Source: an uncultured virus (IMG/VR IMGVR_UViG_3300027581_000001)
Taxonomy: Duplodnaviria > Heunggongvirae > Uroviricota > Caudoviricetes > Kyanoviridae
Virus record (IMG/VR): IMGVR_UViG_3300027581_000001
Strand: one strand, 5' to 3'
DNA: 64,000 bases
A program made the translations under genes and the position numbers. Positions within the stretch are counted from its first letter, which is position 1. Every line of letters begins with the position of its first letter. Positions 9,956 through 19,760 of the stretch are shown piece by piece. Under the pieces are notes generated by a model. That model saw only the letters and a list, made by a program, of their open reading frames with translations, ran no database searches and had not been told where the DNA came from.

Positions 9956-10548
9956 TGCTCTCCCAGAATAATTTCTTTCAAAATTTTACGAAAATGAAAT
10001 ATATCAATATTTATGAATGATCTATATTTTTTAATTCTACGACTGACTGTTTCCCACACAGGGTCATTTAATTTCTTATCAAACGTGTTCCCGAACAGGA
10101 ATATTCTATCATATATCACTAGGGTTTCTAGGCTAATATTCCCGCTCAGGAAATTCCTTAAAACGACTGGATGCCCCCTTTTGCAAGTAAATACATCTTC
10201 AAATTTGTGTTCTCCAAAGAGATATTCAGATTCTTCTTTAAAAAGATATGATAGTGATTGAATTTTTTTCTGCCAGTTCTTATACCTCTCTTCACCTTCT
10301 TTGATTATATCACCAATCCAAAGAGTTTCTGGGTCAGAGCAGGATGCAAAGTTTGCTACAAAGAAATCTATAACTTCTTGATCTGTTTTTTGTCTTGATA
10401 CTTTCTCAAACCACATTCTATCCTTTCGTTTGTAGAAAGATTGTACCGTTGCTCTTGATTTACCACAATACTTATGATAATCATAAGTGTCTTTCGTAAA
10501 GTGATTCTTCAGAGCAAGATATTGGCAATAGGCATCAAAGGGCATCAT
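9952..10548 (-). CDS. gp59: Helicase loader gp59
   Basis: YLALKNHFT..YDYHKYCGK..FYKRKD..ISLETL. Confidence 0.9.
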   Translation of the reverse strand: MMPFDAYCQYLALKNHFTKDTYDYHKYCGKSRATVQSFYKRKDRMWFEKVSRQKTDQEVIDFFVANFASCSDPETLWIGDIIKEGEERYKNWQKKIQSLSYLFKEESEYLFGEHKFEDVFTCKRGHPVVLRNFLSGNISLETLVIYDRIFLFGNTFDKKLNDPVWETVSRRIKKYRSFINIDIFHFRKILKEIILGEQ

Positions 10549-10604
10549 TCAAAAATGTAATATAGGTAATTTTTTGCCGGGAATTTTTGACCCCTAAAAT
10601 GGAA

Positions 10605-10862
10605 TTAGAAGACTAATTTGGCACGGGAAGTCTTCTTAAGAAAATTAAGTTCCGTTGCTTCATATTTAATTTTTTCTTTTAATGGTTTTGAAATAAGTTT
10701 AGGAACTGATTCTAAATCAATGCTATTCTTTTCACAAAAATAAACGATAGCATCAATGTAATTCATTTCAACATTAATTTTTACAAGGGTTTCAATCTCC
10801 TTAGCAAACTTAATTGGACAAAGGAATTTGCTTTCAAGTATCTTTTCTAGTTCATTCTCCAT
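10605..10862 (-). CDS. gp33: Late transcription coactivator gp33
   Basis: NYIDAIVYFCE..LISKPLKEKIKYEA..LNFL; start taken at MENELE. Confidence 0.9.
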   Translation of the reverse strand: MENELEKILESKFLCPIKFAKEIETLVKINVEMNYIDAIVYFCEKNSIDLESVPKLISKPLKEKIKYEATELNFLKKTSRAKLVF

Positions 10863-11535
10863 TCGTTGCCCCAGTATTGTGATGTACAAATTCTTTGATA
10901 TAACGAACTAATAACTTAATATAATCCCCTTTGTTTCTTTTGTCAAATACCTTCACTTCTCCACCAGGTGTAACCATAATAGTAATTAATTTAACAGGAA
11001 CAATCTCAGTTAATTCATAGTATGCAGCAGCATAGAATGTTTCCTGAACGAAGTAATTTTCAAGCCACTCTTCTGGTTTAATTTTTTCGGAAGTCTTAAA
11101 GTCTATAACAGCAAGTTCTCCATCATACTCTCCAATACAATCAACTCGTCCAGCAAGTCCAAAATACTCGGAGTAGAGTGTGCGTTCAATCGCATGAATA
11201 TTGCTTATCTTATCCAAATAAGGTTTCGCATGATAGAACATAAACTTTGATGTGGGTTTATAGTTCTCCCATACAAGTTCTTTATTTTCCAAATAGTCCT
11301 GACAGACTTGGTGGAAATCAGTTCCTCTTGCTGTTGCTTTTTTTGTAATCCGGTTTGCTTCTTCAAGACCTACACGTTTCCTCCACTTAACAAAAATCTC
11401 ACGATTATAAAATGAGGTCACAGTAGTGATTGAAGGAACCCACTTACCACTTGGTAAGTTATACAAACGAATGCTCTCTGTAGTCTTACAATTTAACTCA
11501 AGGTCACCCAAGTAATTATGATGAATAAATGTCAT
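10852..11535 (-). CDS. PD-(D/E)xK exonuclease (Cas4/RecB-like)
   Basis: PSITTV, RGTDFH, AGRVDC..IDFKTS, Q..Y motifs. Confidence 0.85.
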   Translation of the reverse strand: MTFIHHNYLGDLELNCKTTESIRLYNLPSGKWVPSITTVTSFYNREIFVKWRKRVGLEEANRITKKATARGTDFHQVCQDYLENKELVWENYKPTSKFMFYHAKPYLDKISNIHAIERTLYSEYFGLAGRVDCIGEYDGELAVIDFKTSEKIKPEEWLENYFVQETFYAAAYYELTEIVPVKLITIMVTPGGEVKVFDKRNKGDYIKLLVRYIKEFVHHNTGATNGE

Positions 11536-12284
11536 ACACCGATTTTCATTTTTGCAGTAATATATTCTTTAACAAATCCAGATCTTACAATATCCTCTAC
11601 ATCAAATTCAATAATATCAATTGATGGCATTACTCTTAGTATTTTCATAAAGTCAATGATACCATTCTTTTCATTAGTTCTTATCAAGTCAGATTGTGTA
11701 GCATCACCACAGAACATAATTTTAGAATCTTCACCAACACGAGTAATGATAGAATCAAGTTCGTGAAAGTTTAGGTTCTGAAACTCATCAACAATAATGA
11801 TTGATTTATCTAATGTAGTTCCACGAATAAATGAAGTACTCCAAAATTTAATAGTTTCTTGTGATTTTAAATTTCCATAAAGCATTTCGAAAGACGCTTC
11901 ATCAGGCAACTCAAACATATACTTTACCATATTCTTATAAGGAATTTGATAAATATCAGACTTATCTTCATGAGATCCTGGTAAAAACCCAATTTCTCTA
12001 GTGGCAACGAGTGAACGAACGATATAAATTTTTTCATATGGTGTTTTCTCATCTAAAACATCTCTAAGAGAATTATAGAGGGTAATAAAGGTTTTACCTG
12101 TACCAGCACATCCATATGCAACAAGATTTTGATTTTTCTTATAAGAATCAAAAAGTATTTCTTGATTCTTTGTAAGAGGTTCAATCACTCTCATTATATC
12201 TTGATTGATTGGTTTCTTGCGTTTAATTTGTTTGGCAGTCATTCCAACCTCAATTGGTTGTTCGCCTCTTCTTCTTCGTGACAT
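11532..12284 (-). CDS. phoH: PhoH-family ATPase
   Basis: GCAGTGKT Walker A; IGFLPG, RGTT, DEFQN, GD..QSD. Confidence 0.95.
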   Translation of the reverse strand: MSRRRRGEQPIEVGMTAKQIKRKKPINQDIMRVIEPLTKNQEILFDSYKKNQNLVAYGCAGTGKTFITLYNSLRDVLDEKTPYEKIYIVRSLVATREIGFLPGSHEDKSDIYQIPYKNMVKYMFELPDEASFEMLYGNLKSQETIKFWSTSFIRGTTLDKSIIIVDEFQNLNFHELDSIITRVGEDSKIMFCGDATQSDLIRTNEKNGIIDFMKILRVMPSIDIIEFDVEDIVRSGFVKEYITAKMKIGV

Positions 12285-12290
12285 ATGAGT

Positions 12291-12539
12291 TTAAACCGAT
12301 TTTACTTTTGATCCAGGAACTTTTGATACCTTGTGAAGTACATCATTCCACCCCGGATGAGATTTTTTAAGTTTATCATAAACCTCACCCAGTTCTCCAG
12401 ATCCAGGGCAAGTTGATGGATCGGACCAATCACGATCCCATTCAGAGTTATCATCTTTCCATTGATCCCAATCATGAACACTCAGAACAACTTCCTTCTG
12501 TTCACCTGTAACTTTATTATAAACGGGATAAGATGCCAA
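12291..12539 (-). CDS. Conserved hypothetical protein
   Basis: 82-aa ORF in the usual position upstream of phoH; GWNDVL.KV motif. Confidence 0.7.
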   Translation of the reverse strand: MASYPVYNKVTGEQKEVVLSVHDWDQWKDDNSEWDRDWSDPSTCPGSGELGEVYDKLKKSHPGWNDVLHKVSKVPGSKVKSV

Positions 12540-12568
12540 ATTTAATTCTCCATAGTATGTAAGAGTAT

Positions 12569-13270
12569 TTATTCTAAACTAATTGCACTCTGATACTCGC
12601 AAGGGTTACAATTATCACGAGTCCAGTTGAGAGCAAAAGAGATTGTTGGAAATTCACATGTAAAGATACAACGAATTGCTTCTGCGATTTCTTTGTGCTC
12701 TGCCTGGGTTCCGTGAGCACTGCGAAGATCTATGTAATGTATCCAAGACCTTATACTCCCACTCATATACATTCGTGTCTGAGTTGATTGTGGGAGTATG
12801 AAACGAGCACTTTCTTTTGCAACACCATTATCCAACATATGCTTATAGAGAGAAAGACCTTGCTCAAAATAAGTTTTAATTTTCTTTTGCATCAAATCAA
12901 CAAACACAGGATCTAAATCATCAGTTGAGTTCTGACGATTTTTAGTATCTTGCCTTCGCAATTCTGGAACTGGAAGTTTTACTTGTAGTTCTGTGCTGTC
13001 GGCATATCTCTGTGAGAACTGCTGAAAAGTGAAACTACGATGACGAAGAATTTGTGTCGCAATCGCAAGTGAAGTATTGATTTCTATTGTTAGAAATGCA
13101 TGTTCAAAAATACTCCAGTGTTGATTTTGAATACAATACTTTAGTAATCCAGCAGAAGAATTGTTGAATTGATTTTTTGGATTACTGACACGAGCACAAT
13201 ATGCAATGTGTCTTTCTGCATTTGGAGTTACAGAAACTAATTTAACAGATTCATTTTTAGTCGTCGTCAT
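12569..13270 (-). CDS. thyX: Flavin-dependent thymidylate synthase
   Basis: HWSIFEH and QILRHRSFTFQQFSQRY (RHRx7S motif); start approximate. Confidence 0.95.
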   Translation of the reverse strand: MTTTKNESVKLVSVTPNAERHIAYCARVSNPKNQFNNSSAGLLKYCIQNQHWSIFEHAFLTIEINTSLAIATQILRHRSFTFQQFSQRYADSTELQVKLPVPELRRQDTKNRQNSTDDLDPVFVDLMQKKIKTYFEQGLSLYKHMLDNGVAKESARFILPQSTQTRMYMSGSIRSWIHYIDLRSAHGTQAEHKEIAEAIRCIFTCEFPTISFALNWTRDNCNPCEYQSAISLE

Positions 13271-13424
13271 CTTCGAATACCTCATCGTAATCATCTATAT
13301 CTCCAATACGTGGAGCAACTGCTTCATATGCATAGGATTCTGGACTTGAATATACTTCTGTCTTTAAAGAATCGACCAGAAGTTCAAGATTTTTAATAAT
13401 CATTTTAAGTTTATCTTGATTCAT
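13257..13424 (-). CDS. Conserved small acidic cyanophage protein (55 aa)
   Basis: Hand-translated MNQDKLKMIIKNLELLVDSLKTEVYS...DDYDEVFEDDDD. Confidence 0.7.
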   Translation of the reverse strand: MNQDKLKMIIKNLELLVDSLKTEVYSSPESYAYEAVAPRIGDIDDYDEVFEDDDD

Positions 13425-13494
13425 AAGTTTAAATATCTCGTTATAATTATAGACAAAAAAAGAGAAAACGTCAAGTTTCTCTCTTTATAATTTT

Positions 13495-14199
13495 TTAGTA
13501 TTTTTGTAAGCAATATATTCCATTTTTTTCTAAAATTGCCGAACAAGTATCGCACCAGTCTCCACAACACATATAGGTAAGTTCATCAAAATTACGAATG
13601 TTTCCTGAGTGAATATGTCCACACACTACTCCAGAGTATTCTTGACTTTTTTGAGAGCAATAATATGCAATATCAGTTTCATATTGGTTAATATAATTTT
13701 TTCCACGAATACTATTCTTTAAAAAATAAACCAAAGAGAATCTAAAAAATCTTTCTAACCAAAAACTCAAAGGACTAATGATTTCATATCCTTTATTAAA
13801 CATCAATTGTTTCCATGAACCAGAAGAATATTCTGAATACTTGTCTCCGTGAACACAAAGAAACTTATTTCCTTTAGCATCTATATGAACATATTGGTCT
13901 ACAATACTAAAATTATGATGTGTAAATCCAGAATAACGACGAAGTTGTGATTCGTGATTTCCAAGTATATAAACTATTTCTGTTCCTTTTTTCGCAAGAT
14001 TAAAAATCTGATGAATACATTCAGTATGTTCTCTTCTCCATCTCGTCCCGTAATGTTCCATACAGGCAATATCAAATATATCTCCAACCATTACAAGTTT
14101 TTTTGTATCAAGTTTTTTTAGAAACTTTAAAAACTTTTCAGTATCACATCTAGTCGTTCCTAAATGAACATCAGAAATGAAAACAGTATCGAAATTCAT
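13495..14199 (-). CDS. Metallophosphoesterase, UDP-2,3-diacylglucosamine hydrolase (LpxH/YbbF)-like
   Basis: ISDVHLG, VGDIFD, GNHE, HGD, CGHIH, GDW motifs. Confidence 0.85.
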   Translation of the reverse strand: MNFDTVFISDVHLGTTRCDTEKFLKFLKKLDTKKLVMVGDIFDIACMEHYGTRWRREHTECIHQIFNLAKKGTEIVYILGNHESQLRRYSGFTHHNFSIVDQYVHIDAKGNKFLCVHGDKYSEYSSGSWKQLMFNKGYEIISPLSFWLERFFRFSLVYFLKNSIRGKNYINQYETDIAYYCSQKSQEYSGVVCGHIHSGNIRNFDELTYMCCGDWCDTCSAILEKNGIYCLQKY

Positions 14200-14522
14200 C
14201 GTTCTATGTAAGAAAGAGTGTGGTTTGTTGAACACAAATGATCGATAATCATATCACAACCCAATTTTGGATTTGAATCACCGCAAGTATATAAATCTGC
14301 GGCTGCCTTACCTTCTTCGGGCCAGGTATGAATGCTAATATGACTTTCTGCGAGTAAACAAATAACTGTAACTCCTTGCGGATCAAATTTCTTAAATATT
14401 GTTTGTATTACTGTTGCCCCAGATAATATTGCCGCACTTTCTAATAATTTTATTAAAAATTGTTCGTCATTCAAAAGAACAAAAGAGCAATCGTATAGAT
14501 TTAGTAGATAGTGCTTTCCCAT
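14196..14522 (-). CDS. speD: S-adenosylmethionine decarboxylase proenzyme
   Basis: LAESHISIHTWPE self-cleavage motif; DLYTCG. Confidence 0.92.
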   Translation of the reverse strand: MGKHYLLNLYDCSFVLLNDEQFLIKLLESAAILSGATVIQTIFKKFDPQGVTVICLLAESHISIHTWPEEGKAAADLYTCGDSNPKLGCDMIIDHLCSTNHTLSYIER

Positions 14523-14713
14523 TAGACTACTGGATCCTCCTGTGCTTCTTTGATTAGAGAAGTGATAATACTTTCAGTCCCGTCAATAGTTTTCACAGCA
14601 AAAAGAGCAGACTTTTTATATTTATTTAACTTTTTATATTTTTTGAGAATTATATCTATTTCATCAACATTTACATTGACCTTTACCTTTCCATCATTAA
14701 AACCTTCACTCAT
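14522..14713 (-). CDS. Hypothetical protein
   Basis: Coupled ORF in the operon. Confidence 0.6.
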   Translation of the reverse strand: MSEGFNDGKVKVNVNVDEIDIILKKYKKLNKYKKSALFAVKTIDGTESIITSLIKEAQEDPVV

Positions 14714-15069
14714 CTTTTTTTCTTTTTCTCTGGTTGTTTGTATCCCCATAACCTTGGACTGATTCTCCCATAACCAAAGTCAATTTTCTGAACTGCTCCT
14801 GGACCGTACGTATCATAATAAAAGTCAAACAAATCAGATCTTTTTCCAGATCTAGTCAAATCAATATGAGTTTCTCCCTCCACAACATACCAAATTAAGT
14901 ATGCATCATTTGGAAGGGACGAGTCTTTAGATTGTTCAATGGTTGTTTTTTCAAGAAGAATTTCGCATCCATATTGATTGGAAGAAATAGATTTCTCTTC
15001 CTTTTCTTTCTCTCTTTTGTTTTCTTCCATTTTCTTTTTCTGCGGTTTCTCTGGTGCGACGGCGGTCAT
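14710..15069 (-). CDS. Conserved hypothetical protein
   Basis: DLFDFYYD.YG..FGYGRISPRLWG. Confidence 0.65.
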   Translation of the reverse strand: MTAVAPEKPQKKKMEENKREKEKEEKSISSNQYGCEILLEKTTIEQSKDSSLPNDAYLIWYVVEGETHIDLTRSGKRSDLFDFYYDTYGPGAVQKIDFGYGRISPRLWGYKQPEKKKKR

Positions 15070-15641
15070 GAACGATTGCCCCACAGAATATCAGGAAAAG
15101 CTTCCTTTACATTTTCAAAAGTTACCTTGTATTTATCTGTAAGTTTCTTATCTTTTGTAAGAATTAATAGTTGTGCTTCTTTTGGATGAAGTCCTTGAAG
15201 GACATTAATAAACATCATCTCTCTGCGAATTGTTGAGAGTGTATCATTTCCACCCTTTACATAGTGATAAAGGTTTTTATACTCCCTGCGAAGAGATGTG
15301 CGTCCTCTACCTTGTAGATCTTGAACGGTTGCAGATTCTCCACCAGCAACTTCTTTTAAGAGATTATCTGAGAGGGTTCCAGAGTAAACATTTTGATCCT
15401 TTACATCTCCATAGGGAACTTCTCCTTGTGGAAGAAGTGAAATTACAGTTGGATCAAAGTTCCAAATCAAAACTGTTTTAAGTGAATCGTGTTCATAAGT
15501 TTTTAGAACTTCTACTGTTTTAGCATTATTTCTTTGTTTTGAAGCAAGTTCTAAAATTTCAAACACAAAAGGATTTGTTGGAAGAATTTCAATTGATTTT
15601 TGAGTCGATGTCTTCATCTTCGTTGTTGTCGTTGTCGTCAT
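15066..15641 (-). CDS. Conserved T4-like hypothetical protein
   Basis: IWNFD..LPQGEVPY, RREMMFINVLQGLHPKEA; start approximate. Confidence 0.7.
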   Translation of the reverse strand: MTTTTTTKMKTSTQKSIEILPTNPFVFEILELASKQRNNAKTVEVLKTYEHDSLKTVLIWNFDPTVISLLPQGEVPYGDVKDQNVYSGTLSDNLLKEVAGGESATVQDLQGRGRTSLRREYKNLYHYVKGGNDTLSTIRREMMFINVLQGLHPKEAQLLILTKDKKLTDKYKVTFENVKEAFPDILWGNRS

Positions 15642-15840
15642 AGTTATAATCGTTTTCAAAGTGTACAGCTACTATTTCGTCGGGAATTATATTACCATTT
15701 TCATCAAAGAATTCTGGATGTAGATAAGGAGGTTTGGATTCTAATGTGTGTCTGTAAGTTAACCAACCAATTATACTTCCTACCATAAAAAATAGCAAGA
15801 TGAACATTACGCTGAATGCTACTACGTATGCTGGTTCCAT
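15589..15840 (-). CDS. Small membrane protein
   Basis: N-terminal TM helix, HPEFFDENGN motif, acidic tail. Confidence 0.65.
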   Translation of the reverse strand: MEPAYVVAFSVMFILLFFMVGSIIGWLTYRHTLESKPPYLHPEFFDENGNIIPDEIVAVHFENDYNYDDNDNNEDEDIDSKIN

Positions 15841-16064
15841 TTTTTTTCTCCAAGAAGTTGATTTTTTTTAATATCAAAATGAAATTCTATAAAAAAATGA
15901 AACTCTCGTCGAAAAAGAGAAATCATTTTACCAAATTTAATCAAAAAAGTTTTTGGTTTAGAATCTCTTCTCCTTTTATTCCTAAGTAGTAATTCAATAC
16001 CCCGATTGATCTCGGGTTCAGAATTATTTAGGGTTTTTCTTTCGTCTTCCTGGTCGTTTATCAT
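15822..16064 (-). CDS. Conserved hypothetical protein
   Basis: INRGIELLLR..FRREFHFFIEF; start approximate. Confidence 0.55.
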   Translation of the reverse strand: MINDQEDERKTLNNSEPEINRGIELLLRNKRRRDSKPKTFLIKFGKMISLFRREFHFFIEFHFDIKKNQLLGEKKWNQHT

Positions 16065-16130
16065 AACTATACTTCCGTGCATCCTCTGCTTGCTTTACAT
16101 CATAATAAACTTGGTGAAAGTTTGATTCCA

Positions 16131-16370
16131 TTAGATTATGTTTTTTTCCTTTAGATACTGAACAGTGTCAGTACATCCACCAAGTTGTTGTTGATCATTT
16201 AGAACAACTTGAGGAAAAGTAGAACCTTGACCAAACTCGGCATAAAAATCTTGACGATTAAAATGTTCTCCAAGTGTGTAGATAACGTACTCTAGGTTTG
16301 ATAATTCTAACACATGTTTTACTTTGGTGCAATAAGGACAACCATTCTTAGAGTAAACTGTAAATTTCAT
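16131..16370 (-). CDS. nrdC: Glutaredoxin
   Basis: CPYC active site, TFPQV, GGCTD. Confidence 0.9.
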   Translation of the reverse strand: MKFTVYSKNGCPYCTKVKHVLELSNLEYVIYTLGEHFNRQDFYAEFGQGSTFPQVVLNDQQQLGGCTDTVQYLKEKNII

Positions 16371-16374
16371 AATG

Positions 16375-16746
16375 CTAACTTGCGTTGTTTCTTCGTGGTC
16401 TGTAAATGTATAAGTCTTGTGGTTTTTCTGGTTTCATCCACTCGTATAATTTATATAGTTTTTCTTCTGTAAAAAAGTCTTGTTGACCATACCATAGTTT
16501 CCAGTGCTCATGCCCTTTAGATTGATTACAAGAGTGACAACAAGCAACTACATTTATTTTAACATCAAGTCCACCTTTACACTGTGGAAGAATATGATCC
16601 AGTGTGATATTTTCTTCTGACCCACAATAAGCACACTTGTATTCCCAGTGGTCTTTTATATTTGCCCTCCACATTCGTTTCGCTTCTGATTTATTTGTTG
16701 CTTGAAGATTAAACAAATAGTCCTTGAAGGAGTGTGGAGGAACCAT
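16375..16746 (-). CDS. HNH endonuclease
   Basis: CAYCG..TLDHILP..GG..NVVACCHSCNQSKG. Confidence 0.9.
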   Translation of the reverse strand: MVPPHSFKDYLFNLQATNKSEAKRMWRANIKDHWEYKCAYCGSEENITLDHILPQCKGGLDVKINVVACCHSCNQSKGHEHWKLWYGQQDFFTEEKLYKLYEWMKPEKPQDLYIYRPRRNNAS

Positions 16747-16802
16747 AAGTGTTTGCGACTTATGAATATTTAGATTAACCTTCCGTTTTCAATTTGAGTA
16801 TT

Positions 16803-17864
16803 TTATAAGGCATTTCCGCGAGGCATCACTTCTTCAGGGAAGTTGAAGTTTTCGTGAGGTTGGTCTGCTGTTGATAACCATGCTCTAAGACCTTCATTAA
16901 GGAGGATATTTTTTGTGTAGAACGTCTCAAATTCAGGATCCTCAGCAGCACGAATTTCTTGAGATACAAAGTCATAAGCCCTCAAATTAAGAGCAAGACC
17001 GATGATACCAATAGAAGACACCCAGAGACCCATCACAGGCACAAACAACATAAAGAAGTGCAACCATCTCTTATTACTAAATGCAATACCAAAGATCTGA
17101 GACCAAAACCTATTGGCAGTAACCATTGAATATGTTTCTTCTTCTTGGGTTGGTTCAAATGCCTTAAAGGTGTTTGCACCATCTCCATCCTCAAACAGAG
17201 TATTCTCTACTGTGGCACCATGAATAGCACACAGTAATGCTCCACCAAGAATACCAGCAACACCCATCATATGGAAGGGGTTGAGTGTCCAGTTATGAAA
17301 ACCTTGTAGGAATAGGAGGAACCTAAAGATTGCTGCCACTCCAAAGGAGGGAGCAAAGAACCAACTGGATTGACCCAGTGGATAGATGAGAAATACTGAA
17401 ACGAATACTGCAATAGGACCAGAGAACGCAATAGCATTGTAAGGTCTAATGCCCACCAAACGACTGATTTCAAACTGACGTAGCATAAACCCGATCAGAC
17501 TGAAGGCACCGTGGAGAGCAACAAAGGGCCAAAGTCCACCAAGTTGGAACCACCTGACAATATCCCCCTGAGCTTCAGGACCCCAGAGAAGCATAAGAGA
17601 ATGACCCATAGAATCTGCTGGAGTAGAAACTGCCGAAGTAAGAAAGTTTGCACCCTCAAGATAGGAACTTGCCAACCCGTGAGTATACCAACTCGTAACG
17701 AAAGTTGTCCCAGTAAGCCAACCACCAATAGCAAGGTAAGCACAGGGAAAAAGAAGTAATCCAGACCATCCAACAAATATGAAACGATCCCGTTTAAGCC
17801 AGTCGTCGAGTACATCGAACCATCCTCGTTGTTGATTTGGAAATGAAAGTGTTGATGATGCCAT
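16803..17864 (-). CDS. psbD: Photosystem II D2 protein
   Basis: [14 protein letters not shown]...[10 protein letters not shown], 353 aa, uninterrupted. Confidence 0.99.
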   Translation of the reverse strand: MASSTLSFPNQQRGWFDVLDDWLKRDRFIFVGWSGLLLFPCAYLAIGGWLTGTTFVTSWYTHGLASSYLEGANFLTSAVSTPADSMGHSLMLLWGPEAQGDIVRWFQLGGLWPFVALHGAFSLIGFMLRQFEISRLVGIRPYNAIAFSGPIAVFVSVFLIYPLGQSSWFFAPSFGVAAIFRFLLFLQGFHNWTLNPFHMMGVAGILGGALLCAIHGATVENTLFEDGDGANTFKAFEPTQEEETYSMVTANRFWSQIFGIAFSNKRWLHFFMLFVPVMGLWVSSIGIIGLALNLRAYDFVSQEIRAAEDPEFETFYTKNILLNEGLRAWLSTADQPHENFNFPEEVMPRGNAL

Positions 17865-18077
17865 TTACATAAATCCTTTTAATGTTTTTTGTTTTGTTTT
17901 TTTATCTAAGACTTCTGCATGACTTAGAAACATATTTGCAGTTTGAAACCAAGTTGCTTGAAATTCTTCGTGGGTATTAAATACCTTAAAGTGCCCATCA
18001 GTATAAACTATCTTATAGTCATGACGATCATAAGGTTTATCACAAGTTTGTTCAAAAAATTCAGGTAGTCCAGTCAT
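17865..18077 (-). CDS. Hypothetical protein
   Basis: 70-aa coupled ORF, KPYDRHDYK motif. Confidence 0.6.
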   Translation of the reverse strand: MTGLPEFFEQTCDKPYDRHDYKIVYTDGHFKVFNTHEEFQATWFQTANMFLSHAEVLDKKTKQKTLKGFM

Positions 18078-18391
18078 TTATCACCTAATACTGTTTGTGA
18101 ATGATGTTGTTTGAGAGTTGAGTCTGCCGTAAATTCAATTACAGGATTTCTTGACTTGTTTTTGATAACGATGAAGGCATCTTTCTGATAGGTGGTGGTT
18201 CCAAATGGTTTAGACCACTTTGGATTCACTCCTTCCTTTTGATGTATGGCACTTGTAAGAGCACCACCAACTTCAACTGCTATATTATCGTTCTCGTCCC
18301 ATCCAAGTTCTTTGATTACATTTGCAACTTGAGAATAAATCTCAGTTCTGTAGTCCATCACACGATCCTCTGGGGATAATTTACCTATCAT
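18074..18391 (-). CDS. Hypothetical protein
   Basis: 105-aa ORF between psbA and psbD. Confidence 0.6.
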   Translation of the reverse strand: MIGKLSPEDRVMDYRTEIYSQVANVIKELGWDENDNIAVEVGGALTSAIHQKEGVNPKWSKPFGTTTYQKDAFIVIKNKSRNPVIEFTADSTLKQHHSQTVLGDK

Positions 18392-18411
18392 AAAACTTTA
18401 CAATTCAGTGG

Positions 18412-18440
18412 AAAAAAATAGGGGGTCCTAAGACCCCTTT
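18412..18440 (-). terminator. Terminator after psbA
   Basis: GGGGTC-TTAG-GACCCC followed by a T-rich tract on the minus strand. Confidence 0.75.
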
Positions 18441-18459
18441 ATTATAACATGTTTTTAGA

Positions 18460-19542
18460 TCAACCGATTGCAGGTGCAGTAAGAGCAACAGGAGTTAACT
18501 CAGCAGCAGCAAGGTCAAGTGGGAAATTATGAGCATTTCTTTCGTGCATAACTTCCATTCCTAATCCAGCACGATTAAGAATATCAGCCCAGGTGTTTAC
18601 AACACGTCCCTGACTATCAATGATAGACTGGTTAAAGTTGAAACCATTTAGATTGAATGCCATCGTGGATACACCAAGAGCAGTGAACCAGATGCCTACA
18701 ACGGGCCAAGCAGCAAGGAAAAAGTGCAATGAACGTGAGTTGTTGAACGAAGCATATTGGAAAATAAGTCTTCCAAAGTATCCGTGAGCAGCAACAATAT
18801 TATAGGTCTCTTCTTCTTGACCAAACTTATATCCGTAGTTCTGACTTTCGGTTTCTGTGGTTTCACGAACCAATGATGAGGTTACCAAAGAACCATGCAT
18901 CGCAGAGAACAACGAACCACCGAAGACACCAGCAACTCCAAGCATATGGAAGGGGTGCATAAGGATGTTATGTTCTGCCTGGAATACAAGCATATAGTTA
19001 AAAGTGCCTGAGATACCCAAAGGCATCGCATCACTAAAAGAACCTTGACCAAAAGGATACACTAAGAATACAGCAGAGGCAGCAGCAACAGGAGCACTGT
19101 AAGCAATACAGATCCAAGGACGCATACCTAATCTATAACTAAGTTCCCATTCTCGTCCCATGTAAGCATAGATGCCAATGAGGAAGTGGAAGACCACAAG
19201 TTGGAACGGTCCACCATTGTAGAGCCATTCGTCAACAGAAGCAGCTTCCCAAATTGGGTAGAAATGTAGTCCGATTGCGTTGGAGCTTGGTACGACTGCT
19301 CCCGAGATAATGTTGTTTCCATAGAGTAAAGATCCAGCAACAGGTTCACGAATACCATCTATGTCCACAGGAGGAGCACCGATGAAGGCAACAATGAAAC
19401 ATACAGTAGCAGCAAGCAGTGTAGGAATCATTAATACACCAAACCAACCTACATACAGGCGGTTGTTAGTTGAGGTAACCCATTCACAGAATTGATTCCA
19501 TGGGTTAGATTGTCTTTGTAAGGCAATTGTAGCAGTAGTCAT
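18460..19542 (-). CDS. psbA: Photosystem II D1 protein (360 aa)
   Basis: Start [30 protein letters not shown] (Glu130), [17 protein letters not shown]-terminus ALTAPAIG; no intron. Confidence 0.99.
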   Translation of the reverse strand: MTTATIALQRQSNPWNQFCEWVTSTNNRLYVGWFGVLMIPTLLAATVCFIVAFIGAPPVDIDGIREPVAGSLLYGNNIISGAVVPSSNAIGLHFYPIWEAASVDEWLYNGGPFQLVVFHFLIGIYAYMGREWELSYRLGMRPWICIAYSAPVAAASAVFLVYPFGQGSFSDAMPLGISGTFNYMLVFQAEHNILMHPFHMLGVAGVFGGSLFSAMHGSLVTSSLVRETTETESQNYGYKFGQEEETYNIVAAHGYFGRLIFQYASFNNSRSLHFFLAAWPVVGIWFTALGVSTMAFNLNGFNFNQSIIDSQGRVVNTWADILNRAGLGMEVMHERNAHNFPLDLAAAELTPVALTAPAIG

Positions 19543-19555
19543 TTTTAAAAAGGGT

Positions 19556-19660
19556 AGTAAATATGAGTTCAAGGGTAGAACTGAGAGTAAGTATTTCCAT
19601 GGCACCCTAAGCCTTGGATATAAGAGACGCTTTACTTCTGATGGTCTCGGTTGCAGAAGT
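19556..19660 (-). ncRNA. psbA leader structured RNA (PhotoRC-II-like)
   Basis: ACUUCUG/CAGAAGU crossing GAGAC/GUCUC (pseudoknot), then two hairpins with complementary loops AGGGU/ACCCU; position directly 5' of phage psbA. Confidence 0.7.
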
Positions 19661-19696
19661 GTGAGGAATCGTAAAGTTTTATCTTGGTTTCCTAAC

Positions 19697-19760
19697 TTAT
19701 TTAGTATAATACAATCTTAATAAAAGGTCAAGGGGTCTGTGCCAGATTATTAACTGTTCA
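19697..19760 (-). promoter_or_regulatory. psbA composite promoter (sigma70 -35/-10 plus late TAAATA)
   Basis: Minus strand: TGAACAGTTAATAATCTGGCACA..TTGACC..TATACT overlapping TAAATA. Confidence 0.65.

Noticed and set aside
10852..11535. Cas4-like nuclease as evidence of a CRISPR-related system
   Set aside because: It is the core exonuclease that sits between phoH and gp33 in cyanomyoviruses; no other cas genes are present.
16803..19542. Group I introns in psbA or psbD
   Set aside because: Both ORFs are continuous and of canonical length.
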